From NCBI GenBank assembly GCA_049472355.1, contig JBLIRP010000055.1, positions 1 to 26,288 of the forward strand: DNA of 26,288 nucleotides. The letters are read 5' to 3'. This stretch comes from a bacterium. Lineage in GTDB: Bacteria > SZUA-182 > DTGQ01 > JAFGSM01. The position numbers and the translations under genes are program-made. The number at the start of each line of letters is the position of its first letter. Positions within the stretch are counted from its first letter, which is position 1. Positions 1 to 10,465 of the stretch are shown in pieces. The notes under the pieces were generated by a model. It did no database searches. It was given only the letters and a program-made list of their open reading frames with translations, and was not told where the DNA came from.

Positions 1-108
1 CGGTCTATAGGTGCACGAGCTATTACGGTTGCGTCCGCAAGACAGGTCATGCGCAATGGTATTATACAAGAGGATCTTTATTAGATGCGGACAGGATAGA
101 TAGGGGGT

Positions 109-1536
109 TCATTCCTGGTATTTTTCGAAGAGCCGGAGCTGGACGTAGCGCTCCTCCTCAACGGGGAGCGGATATTCACCGGTAAAACAGGCGCAGCAGA
201 TCCTTTCGCCCATGTGGCCAACGGAGCGTCTCATCCCCTCCACCGAGATATACTCCAGGCTGTCCGCGCCGATAAAGTCGCTGATCTCCTTTTTGGTGTG
301 GGATGAGGCGATGAGCTCCTGGCGGGTGGGGATGTCGATGCCGTAATAGCAGGGAAACGAGGTGGGAGGGGAGGCGATGCGCATATGGATCTCCCGTGCG
401 CCCACCGCTCTGATCAGGGACACGATCTTCTTGCTGGTGGTGGCCCTCACGATGGAATCATCGATGACGATGACCCGCTTCCCCCTGAGCAGCTCCTTCA
501 CCGGGTTCAGCTTGAGCTTGACCCCGAAGTGCCGGATCGACTGCTTGGGCTCGATGAAGGTCCTGCCCACGTAGCGATTCCGTATCATGCCGAGTTCATA
601 GGGGATACCCGATTGCTCGGCAAATCCGAGCGCGGCGCTGGTGCCCGAATCGGGGACAGGGACCACCAGATCGGCATCAACCCTCGACTCCCGTGCGAGT
701 TGCCTGCCGAATTCCTTCCTGGTCAGGTGGACGTTGAGACCGTGGATGGTGCTGTCCGGACGCGCGAAATAGATATATTCGAACACGCAGAAACTCGTCC
801 GCTCCGGGGAAAACGGCTTGAAGCTGCGCACCCCGTCATCCGTGATGATGACCATCTCACCCGGCTCGATCTCCCTGATCAGGGTGGCATCCATGAGGTC
901 CAAGGCGCAGGTTTCGGAGACCAGGCAGTAGCCGTCACCGATCCTGCCCAGGGCCAGCGGCCGGAACCCCCGTGGGTCCCGCATGCCGATCATCTGGTTT
1001 TCGGTCATGAACACGAGCGAATAGGCGCCCTCGATCTTCGAGAGGGAATCCATGACCCGCTGGGGAAATCCCTCCGCCTTGGAGCGGGCGATGAGGTGGA
1101 CGATGACCTCGCTGTCGGTGGTGGATTGAAAGATGGAGCCGTCATCGACCAGGAACGAGCGGATCCTTTCCGCGTTGATCAGGTTCCCGTTGTGGGCGAT
1201 CGCCATGGTGCCGTGGGCGTACTTCACCATGATGGGCTGGGACTCGGCCATGGAGCTCTCCCCTGCGGTGGAGTAGCGTACATGCCCGATGGCCATCCTT
1301 CCCGGAACCTGGGCGAGCCGGGCCCGGGTGAACACGTCGGCGACCTTGCCCATGGCCTTCTCCATGTACATCCTGCCTTCGTCGCAGGAGGCAATGCCTG
1401 CGCTCTCCTGCCCCCTGTGCTGAAGCGCAAAAAGGCCCAGGTAGGTCAGGTTGGCCGCCTCGGGGTGATTATACACCCCGACCACACCACAGTGTTCACG
1501 CAGGGCAGTGCTGTGCTCCACCTTCCGGCCGAGCAT
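109..1536 (-). CDS. purF: Amidophosphoribosyltransferase (glutamine PRPP amidotransferase), Bacillus-like type with propeptide and Fe-S cysteines
   Basis: EHCGVVG nucleophile after a short propeptide; LQHRGQESAGI, GHVRYST, HNGNL, VIDDSIVRATT (PRPP loop); Cys motifs FCVFEYIY, PCYYGID, CCACFTG. Start at 1536 chosen for a GGGGA SD-like element; 1554 is an alternative. Confidence 0.97.
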   Translation of the reverse strand: MLGRKVEHSTALREHCGVVGVYNHPEAANLTYLGLFALQHRGQESAGIASCDEGRMYMEKAMGKVADVFTRARLAQVPGRMAIGHVRYSTAGESSMAESQPIMVKYAHGTMAIAHNGNLINAERIRSFLVDDGSIFQSTTDSEVIVHLIARSKAEGFPQRVMDSLSKIEGAYSLVFMTENQMIGMRDPRGFRPLALGRIGDGYCLVSETCALDLMDATLIREIEPGEMVIITDDGVRSFKPFSPERTSFCVFEYIYFARPDSTIHGLNVHLTRKEFGRQLARESRVDADLVVPVPDSGTSAALGFAEQSGIPYELGMIRNRYVGRTFIEPKQSIRHFGVKLKLNPVKELLRGKRVIVIDDSIVRATTSKKIVSLIRAVGAREIHMRIASPPTSFPCYYGIDIPTRQELIASSHTKKEISDFIGADSLEYISVEGMRRSVGHMGERICCACFTGEYPLPVEEERYVQLRLFEKYQE

Positions 1537-1666
1537 CTGATTTTCCCCGTTCATTCTTTTACGACATTCCAATGTATCATTCCGGCGCTAAGGGACCCGG
1601 AATCCTTCATGATGTGCGTATCCGGAAATCCCGCGCCATTCCATCCGGCCGACATCGATGTCCGGT

Positions 1667-3876
<2,210 letters not shown>

Positions 3877-3880
<4 letters not shown>

Positions 3881-4578
3881 CGCGCCACCTCCAGCCCCTT
3901 CCTGATGAGGGAGGAAAAGATCAGCATCCCGTCCCGGGAGCCGAGCACTGCCTCGGCGCACCGCTCGGGATGGGGCATCATGCCGAGCACGTTCCCTTGC
4001 CTGTTGCAGATACCGGCGATGTTTCCCACCGAACCGTTGGGATTGACCTCGTCGTCCAAAGAGCCGTCGGGCGCGCAGTACCGGAACACCACCTGACCGC
4101 GCTTCTCCATCCCGGCGATGTCCTTCCGGTCGTTATAGTAGCAGCCCTCCTGGTGGGCGATGGGTATCCGGAGCACCTGACCCTGTGTACACGCCCGGGT
4201 ATAGGGGAGGGTGGCATTCTCCACCCTGATGTGCACATACCTGCAGATGAACCTGAGCCCGCGGTTCATCAGCATGGCGCCCGGGAGCAGCCCGGATTCC
4301 AGAAGCACCTGGAAGCCGTTGCAGATCCCCAGCACGAGCCCCCCTCGCTTGGCAAAGGCCACCACCTCGTTCATGATGGGGGAAAAACGGGCGATGGCCC
4401 CCGCCCTCAGGTAATCCCCGTAGGAGAATCCCCCGGGCAGCAACACGAGGTCGTATCCCGCCAGGTCCCGCTCCTTGTGCCAGATGTACCCCGTGTCCAG
4501 GCCCATGACGTGCTTCAGCACATGGTAGCAGTCATGATCGCAGTTTGATCCAGGGAACACCACCACCCCGCACCGCAT
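3877..4578 (-). CDS. purQ: FGAM synthase glutaminase subunit PurQ
   Basis: [30 protein letters not shown] (catalytic Cys), GMMPHPER. True start MRCGVV at 4578; the longer ORF call runs through purS out of frame. Confidence 0.97.
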
Positions 4579-4580
4579 CC

Positions 4581-4826
4581 TCAGGCCCCCTCGATCTCGA
4601 AGCGGTATTCCTCGATCACCGGATTGGCGAGAAGCTTCCGGCACATCTCCTCTATCCTCTTGCGCGCCTGGCCGGGATTCTCGTCCTTCAGGTGCATGAC
4701 CACGTATTTTCCGAGCCGCACCCCCTCCACCTCGTCGTATCCCAGGGAACCGAGTGCATGGTGAATGGTCTTCCCCTGGGGATCCAGGACCCCGGGCTTC
4801 AGGGTGATGTAGATTCTGGCAATCAT
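4581..4826 (-). CDS. purS: FGAM synthase subunit PurS
   Basis: ~81 aa with [29 protein letters not shown]; adjacent to purQ. Start at 4826 or 4832, after GGGGAGAAAGG. Confidence 0.96.
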   Translation of the reverse strand: MIARIYITLKPGVLDPQGKTIHHALGSLGYDEVEGVRLGKYVVMHLKDENPGQARKRIEEMCRKLLANPVIEEYRFEIEGA

Positions 4827-4890
4827 AGGCATCCTTTCTCCCCTCGATCGTACGGCGAGGGATGCGTTCACGGTTAGCAGGCTCACCCAG

Positions 4891-4919
4891 ATTATAGTGT
4901 AATTCATGCCGGTCTACAA
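4891..4919 (-). promoter_or_regulatory. Putative sigma70 promoter for purSQLF
   Basis: Minus strand reads TTGTAG-17 nt-TATAAT, about 60 nt upstream of purS. Confidence 0.6.
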
Positions 4920-4922
4920 TAG

Positions 4923-4940
4923 AACGAGACGAATCTCGTT
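4923..4940. other. Inverted repeat/hairpin (terminator or operator candidate)
   Basis: AACGAGA-CGAA-TCTCGTT perfect 7-bp stem with a TTCG loop on the minus strand, directly upstream of the purS -35 and downstream of the 5069 stop. Confidence 0.35.
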
Positions 4941-5068
4941 TTGCATTGCCGGGCCAGGGGCGCGAGCAGATATGATATTTGCCTTTAAATTGATTTAAAA
5001 TAATTTTTTGCCACACCATCACCATCGCAGGTTGCCTCAATCGAAAGGGAGAGAATCACGGGGACCGG

Positions 5069-7402
5069 TCAGAAGGACCACCAGGGGATCACCTGAATGT
5101 TTGTCGTGGTAGAGGCATACCCGCCCCGGATATCAAAAAAGAGGATCTCCACCAGGTAGGTGCCGGGAAAGTTGGTCTGGAACGTCCATACGGTGTCCCC
5201 GTTTGACACCTTTCCCACCGATCCGATATTGCAGGTGACGTACACCTCGTCACCGTCCGGGTCCTCTGCCCGGGCGTTGAACACGACCTCCTCCCCCGCC
5301 CTGATGATCCTGGGGTTGGGGAGCGCGGTGATGACCGGGGGGTGATTGTACCATGTGCCCGGATTCACGCAGATGATGGTGCGATCAGCCTGGTCAAAGG
5401 CGCCGAAGTGGTCGCGGCAGATCGTGATGACCCGCAGGTTCCCCTCGAATTTCGGAGTCAGCCTGGCAACGCCGCTGAAGGGATCGGCATCGCACTCGAT
5501 CCAGGGCCCATACCGGTAGGCGTGCAATCCCTCGATGAAGATCTCGTAGTACAGGTTGTCCTGATCGTCCCTGATCCGGTTCCCCGGGAGCATGGGGAGA
5601 TGGGTGGTGGCGGGGGTCCTCCCTTGTAGATGGGCGAGGGAGAATATGAAGCAATCGGGATCAACCGACAGGATGATACACTCGGTTTCCTCCCCCACAT
5701 CGAACACACGGGGAAAGATCCTCGCCTGGACCTCCGGGGGGTAGTTCTCGACCGGGTAATTCACCACGGAGACGGGAAACACCAGCTTCTCCACCTTGTT
5801 CTTGTTGATTACCTCCACTGCCACGAGCAGGTCCTCGAAGTACTGGGGGGCGTAGTCGAAGGAGGCGATATGGGGCCACTCCTCCATCCCCGCGTTCCAC
5901 AGGGCCGATTCCAGGGCATGGGTGAGTGCGGGCCCGAAGTGGCCCTTGCCGTATGCGTCGATGGCCTGCATAGTCAGAAACCGGTCCACGATGTATGTGG
6001 GCATGCCGTCATAGGGATCGATGGGCAGGGGACGAACGAGTAATGCGTCGATCCCGCTCCCGCCAAAACCACCGATAGAGGAATTCCACCCGAGCCTCCC
6101 GTGGGTGTGAAGCTCCCCATTCCTGTCCCCGCCGATCCTGAATCGTTGATCGGCAAAAAGGGGAAGGGTGGCGTCGATAAAAAATCCATTGCCCAGGTAT
6201 CGCTCCGCAACCGGATCGGGTGTCCCGAAGTTGGGATCCCCCGGTACCCACCGGCGGGTGTAATCGGGATCGTACAGGGGGCTGTTGGCATCGATCACGT
6301 GGTAGCCGGGATCGAGGGCCAGGAGATCGGCCACCCAGGTGTCCCTGATGCAGTTGGGATCACAGATGAAGTTGTTCTGGTCGAGGAGAAAATTGTCGAT
6401 GTTCCTGATGCTGTGATCGGCGCGGTAGCTGGCGAACAGGAGGAACCGGTAGGGCTCGAAGATCTGGGCGTACAGGGGGCCGATCTCCACCACATCCACC
6501 GCATACCTCTGTGAATAGAGTGAATAATCCTGCGTCCTGAAAATGATGTTGTCCAGTCGGTATCTATGCCCGCAGAATATGAGGGTGTCGGCCCGCACGA
6601 TCCGCCAGTCCCCCTTTCGCTCCTCGGGGATCCCGCCGTATTCTTCCACAGCGTTCTTCACCATCTCGGGGAGATTGACCCAGAGGACATGCCAGGTGCC
6701 GTCGGTGAAATTGCGGCCCAGGGAGATCCGAACGGACAGGGAGTCAGGGGAGGCGGCGCCCGAAAATCCGACCACGGTGGGAAAGTAATCGCACTGCGAA
6801 CAACTGTATGCAGCGGCCTGCACGGGCTTCATGGAAATGGTCACCCGGTGGCCCTTTTCGGTCCTGCACAGCACATCGCACTGAAACATCTCCCATGCGT
6901 CAAGGGCCAGCGGGGTCAAAAACCTGAAGCTCAGGATGGGAAGCGCGGTGAGGTCGATGTATCCCCTGCCTTCATGCCGCTCCGGCGACGGAGGGGTGGC
7001 GAGGCCGATCGAGATGCGGTGTCGTTCGTACTCCCTGCCTATGAGAAATATCGAGGGAGGACGGTACACCTCCAGCACCCTGCTTCCTTCCCTCATATCA
7101 AGAACTGTCCCGAAGAGGGCGGCATATCCCATGCCGAATCCGTACAGGGGATAGGGTGGTTCGTGCTGTCTCCACCCGTGGTTGCAAGGGCTGTCCCAGT
7201 ATTCAAAATTTTCGACCAGGATGTCACCATCCCCTGTTTCCGGATATTGCCAGGCAGGCACGTCGAGTGACTTACTCTCGAATGCAGGGCTTCCCGAGAA
7301 GGCGCCGGTAGGTTCAAAATGGGAGGCATAACTGGTTTCGGCGGGTGCCATGAGCGCTGCAACAACAATAAGAATGAACGGAATATATCGTTTACGACTC
7401 AC
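5069..7402 (-). CDS. Large secreted/surface hypothetical protein (~777 aa) with C-terminal cadherin/Ig-like modules
   Basis: GTG start at 7402 after GGGAGAGGA; signal-peptide-like N-terminus (SRKRYIPFILIVVAALMAPAETSYAS); two related modules NYPPEV...VDPD and NHPPVI...AEDPDGD. Confidence 0.75.
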   Translation of the reverse strand: MSRKRYIPFILIVVAALMAPAETSYASHFEPTGAFSGSPAFESKSLDVPAWQYPETGDGDILVENFEYWDSPCNHGWRQHEPPYPLYGFGMGYAALFGTVLDMREGSRVLEVYRPPSIFLIGREYERHRISIGLATPPSPERHEGRGYIDLTALPILSFRFLTPLALDAWEMFQCDVLCRTEKGHRVTISMKPVQAAAYSCSQCDYFPTVVGFSGAASPDSLSVRISLGRNFTDGTWHVLWVNLPEMVKNAVEEYGGIPEERKGDWRIVRADTLIFCGHRYRLDNIIFRTQDYSLYSQRYAVDVVEIGPLYAQIFEPYRFLLFASYRADHSIRNIDNFLLDQNNFICDPNCIRDTWVADLLALDPGYHVIDANSPLYDPDYTRRWVPGDPNFGTPDPVAERYLGNGFFIDATLPLFADQRFRIGGDRNGELHTHGRLGWNSSIGGFGGSGIDALLVRPLPIDPYDGMPTYIVDRFLTMQAIDAYGKGHFGPALTHALESALWNAGMEEWPHIASFDYAPQYFEDLLVAVEVINKNKVEKLVFPVSVVNYPVENYPPEVQARIFPRVFDVGEETECIILSVDPDCFIFSLAHLQGRTPATTHLPMLPGNRIRDDQDNLYYEIFIEGLHAYRYGPWIECDADPFSGVARLTPKFEGNLRVITICRDHFGAFDQADRTIICVNPGTWYNHPPVITALPNPRIIRAGEEVVFNARAEDPDGDEVYVTCNIGSVGKVSNGDTVWTFQTNFPGTYLVEILFFDIRGGYASTTTNIQVIPWWSF

Positions 7403-7795
7403 GCATCCTCTCCCATGCGGACGTCTATGAACCACCAAGGTGCGGTGGGGATGGGGATTGTTTTTATACTCTATTTTAGTATACCATACTGTGTAGACCA
7501 ATTTGTAGGCGCCGGCATGGAATCGCCTTTCATGGTGCCATGATCCCTCGATCGGGGAGTATATCGAATCGATATTCTCAGCCCCTTCCGACAGGAAGAT
7601 TTTTTGGATTTTATTAAAAAACAGGGCATTGCCGCGTACAATTGCGGTGCGTCGGGGCATTTTCCTTTGCGGTTTTTGGATCGCTCCATGCGCATCCTGC
7701 AGGGTTTCCTAAACTTCTCGCTCATCTCAGCCGATAACATATAGTAGTATTGCATATTTTTTTCCTTCTTTGCGCGGGGTACCATGCATACGCTG

Positions 7796-8632
7796 ATGAA
7801 AGTGACATTCTGGGGAGTGAGGGGTTCGATTCCCAGCCCGAGCAGGAATACCATCCGGTACGGGGGGAATACCTCCTGCGTGAGCATCCACACCACCTCC
7901 GACAAGATCCTGGTACTGGATGCGGGGACCGGCATCCGTGAACTGGGAAAGGCCCTCGCCGGGGGTAGAGACGAGATATTCCTCCTCTTGTCGCACCGGC
8001 ACTGGGACCATATCCAGGGGTTCCCCTTTTTCTGGCCCATCTACGAGACAAACCGGATTGTGAATATTCTTTCGAACGAAGAGGGAAAGAGCATGATATG
8101 CTCGCTTATCAACCAGATGGACGGCGCCCATTTCCCGGTGGAGCCGCAAAGCCTGCCATCCGTGCATCAGTGCATCAACGAGGATGTTTCCACGTTCCTG
8201 AATCACTACGGGTTCAGGGTTTCACGCATTGCCACCAACCATCCGGGCGGCGGCTATGGCTACCGTATCGAAAAAAACGGTCACTCCGTTATCTACCTCA
8301 CCGACAACGAACTCGATCCCCCGTACAAAAAGACCACGGAATTCGAAGGATTCGTGCACTTCTGCAGGCATGCAGACCTGCTCATCCACGACGCACAGTA
8401 CATCGAGAAGGACATGCCGCAAAAACACGGATGGGGGCACAGCCTGGTGAGCCAGGTGCGGCAGTTGGCTGCCCAAGCCGAGGTGAAACACCTGGTGCTC
8501 ACCCACCACGACCCGGACCGCACGGACGACGAGATCGACGCCATACAGGATGAGGTGCGCGCATGGTTCAAACAGCACAGCCTCTCCATTCAATGCACCG
8601 CAGCCTACGAGGGGCTCACCATCGAGATCTGA
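7796..8632 (+). CDS. MBL-fold metallo-hydrolase (RNase Z/class II phosphodiesterase-like; MKVTFWGVRGS family)
   Basis: FWGVRGSIP, YGGNTSCV, LDAGTG, SHRHWDHIQG (HxHxDH), LTDNE, HDAQY, WGHS, THHDP. Confidence 0.9.
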   Translation: MKVTFWGVRGSIPSPSRNTIRYGGNTSCVSIHTTSDKILVLDAGTGIRELGKALAGGRDEIFLLLSHRHWDHIQGFPFFWPIYETNRIVNILSNEEGKSMICSLINQMDGAHFPVEPQSLPSVHQCINEDVSTFLNHYGFRVSRIATNHPGGGYGYRIEKNGHSVIYLTDNELDPPYKKTTEFEGFVHFCRHADLLIHDAQYIEKDMPQKHGWGHSLVSQVRQLAAQAEVKHLVLTHHDPDRTDDEIDAIQDEVRAWFKQHSLSIQCTAAYEGLTIEI

Positions 8633-8784
8633 CACCCGGGTTCCCTCAACGGACCCGGCATGCCTCAGCACCATTCGCCGCGGCAATTCTTATTCCGAGT
8701 CACCGGGATAGATACATGAGCAGGCATGCCTGCTCACTACGACACAATGCCGAAACGAGAATTGCCTGCACCGCGGCATTCTGT

Positions 8785-8813
8785 TAGACCAGCGGGCATT
8801 ACTCTGGTATAAT
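8785..8813 (+). promoter_or_regulatory. Putative sigma70 promoter with extended -10
   Basis: TAGACC-17 nt-TATAAT with TG at the extended -10 position (TGGTATAAT). Confidence 0.55.
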
Positions 8814-8822
8814 CGATTTCCC

Positions 8823-9944
8823 ATGGGAATACGCATGCAGCACAAACTCATCCGGGGGGAACTGGAGCGACGAATACTCCACGGGATCGCCTGCGAATGG
8901 AACACCGCCCTCGCCTTTCTTGGTCCTCGTGAGCGGGGTCACCTGCGCATGCCCCTGTTCAGCCTCACCGACAGGGAAGGCGCATGGGGGCGCTGGTCGA
9001 GCGAGCGCCGCGAGATCTCCCTGAGCAGGAGGCTGGTGCTGCACCATCCCTGGGATTCGGTCCGGGAGGTGCTCCACCACGAAATGGCCCATCAATATGC
9101 GGATGAGGTGCTCGGTGCATTCAACGAGCCCCCGCACGGCCCGTGCTTTCAGCAGGCATGTCATCTGCTCAGGGCGAATCCGAAGGCCTCCGACAACTAC
9201 CCCCCGTTGCGGGAGCGTATCCTGAGCACCATGGCCTGCGAGGAAGACCGATTCCTGGTGAAGGTGAAAAAGCTCCTGTCCCTTGCCGAAAGCGGGAACC
9301 CGCATGAGGCCGAGGCGGCCCTGGCAAAGGCCCATGAGATCATCGCACGGTACAACCTGGGGCATGTGCTCCATGACGGCGGGCGGCATTTCGTGAGCAT
9401 CTTTGTCGGGGAGCCCGCACTCCGTCACAGCCGGGCGGATTATCTCCTTGCCCGCATTCTTCAGGATTTCTATTTCGTTCATGGGATCTGGGTGCCCGCC
9501 TACGTGCTGGAAAAGGGGAAAATGGGGCGGGTCCTCGAGATAAGCGGCACATTGAAGAACGCCCATATGGCATCCTATGTGTACGATTTCGTCCGTCATT
9601 TCATTGACACCAGGTGGAGGGAATATACGAGAAAACAGGGGGTGAACCATGCGACGAGCCTCGACTTTGCCGTGGGCGTCCTGGAGGGATTCCGCGCGCG
9701 CCTTGCAGCCCGTAAAGAAGTAAAACGGAGGCATAGATTGGAACCCGGGCTGATCAGAAGGGAGGACCCGATGCTTGTTGCTTACTGCCGCGTTCGCTAC
9801 CCCACCACCCGAACCTTCAGTCGGAGCATCCATACCCATGATGAGGCCGCGATGAAGGAGGGAAAACGCATCGGCAGAAACCTGGTCATCGCGGAAGGGA
9901 TTAAGGAGCAGGTGAGCCCACAAGGACTTCTTACCGGGAACTGA
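8823..9944 (+). CDS. SprT-like zinc metalloprotease domain plus DUF2786-like domain protein
   Basis: VLHHEMAHQ (HExxH) followed by PHGPCF (SprT-like HG..F); KVKKLLSLAESGNPHEAEAALAKAHEIIARYNL matches the DUF2786 pattern. Start at 8823 or 8835. Confidence 0.82.
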   Translation: MGIRMQHKLIRGELERRILHGIACEWNTALAFLGPRERGHLRMPLFSLTDREGAWGRWSSERREISLSRRLVLHHPWDSVREVLHHEMAHQYADEVLGAFNEPPHGPCFQQACHLLRANPKASDNYPPLRERILSTMACEEDRFLVKVKKLLSLAESGNPHEAEAALAKAHEIIARYNLGHVLHDGGRHFVSIFVGEPALRHSRADYLLARILQDFYFVHGIWVPAYVLEKGKMGRVLEISGTLKNAHMASYVYDFVRHFIDTRWREYTRKQGVNHATSLDFAVGVLEGFRARLAARKEVKRRHRLEPGLIRREDPMLVAYCRVRYPTTRTFSRSIHTHDEAAMKEGKRIGRNLVIAEGIKEQVSPQGLLTGN

Positions 9945-9973
9945 CCATTCCTTTAACTCCGCAGGAGGCATGT

Positions 9974-10297
9974 ATGGATAAATTGGAGGAAATGTACGAA
10001 AGATTCGACGAGATGTATAAAAAGATCAAGGGGATGAAAAAACGCCTCGACGAGATCAACGAGCTTTTCGAGGAGGCTGATAAGAAGGTCGAGGAGATGC
10101 GGCACCGTCACGATGAGGAGACAAAACGGATCTTCGATGCACTCGAGCGTCGTGATGCGGAGATACGGGAGTATCTTGAACGCGTGGAACATAGAAGCAT
10201 CGGCAATCTGCTTGCGGACATGGGGAACATGGTCGATGAGCTGTTCGATATCAGGCTCGCGCTGCTCGATGCGCATGAACACCCGGATGAGGGGTGA
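9974..10297 (+). CDS. Small charged coiled-coil hypothetical protein (107 aa)
   Basis: AGGAGG SD upstream; E/K/R/D-rich heptad pattern; 29 bp downstream of the previous gene. Confidence 0.8.
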   Translation: MDKLEEMYERFDEMYKKIKGMKKRLDEINELFEEADKKVEEMRHRHDEETKRIFDALERRDAEIREYLERVEHRSIGNLLADMGNMVDELFDIRLALLDAHEHPDEG

Positions 10298-10465
10298 GGG
10301 CGTCGATGCCCGATCTCCTCGTGCAGGATTCGGATGAGCATGCCGATATAAAAAACAGGATGTCGCGGCGTGTTGAGAGGGCGCCTGTACGGTGACATAG
10401 TAGCCACATAGTGCGGTATGCGACGCCTCTTTCCCGGTTTAAAACCCTCACACACATGGTTAAAC

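Noticed and set aside
55..95. Minus-strand TATAAT at 61-66 as a promoter for a gene beyond the window
   Set aside because: No convincing -35 or extended -10, and the downstream gene is not visible.
4833..4890. Purine or ZTP riboswitch upstream of purS
   Set aside because: The predicted leader is only about 55 nt and no aptamer consensus was recognised.
4579..5040. N-terminal extension of the 387-aa PurQ ORF
   Set aside because: It overlaps purS in another frame and the promoter region; PurQ homology begins at 4578.
7403..7660. First 86 codons of the 863-aa ORF
   Set aside because: AT-rich divergent intergenic sequence; the SD and signal peptide point to GTG 7402.
7796..8632. MBL gene as a beta-lactamase or an Avs1-type MBL component
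   Set aside because: The motifs fit the cytoplasmic RNase Z/phosphodiesterase-like branch, there is no signal peptide, and it lies three genes away from the STAND-like gene.
8799..9971. 390-aa minus-strand ORF, and similar antisense ORFs within the giant gene and opposite purB/pnp
   Set aside because: Shadows of better-supported genes on the other strand.
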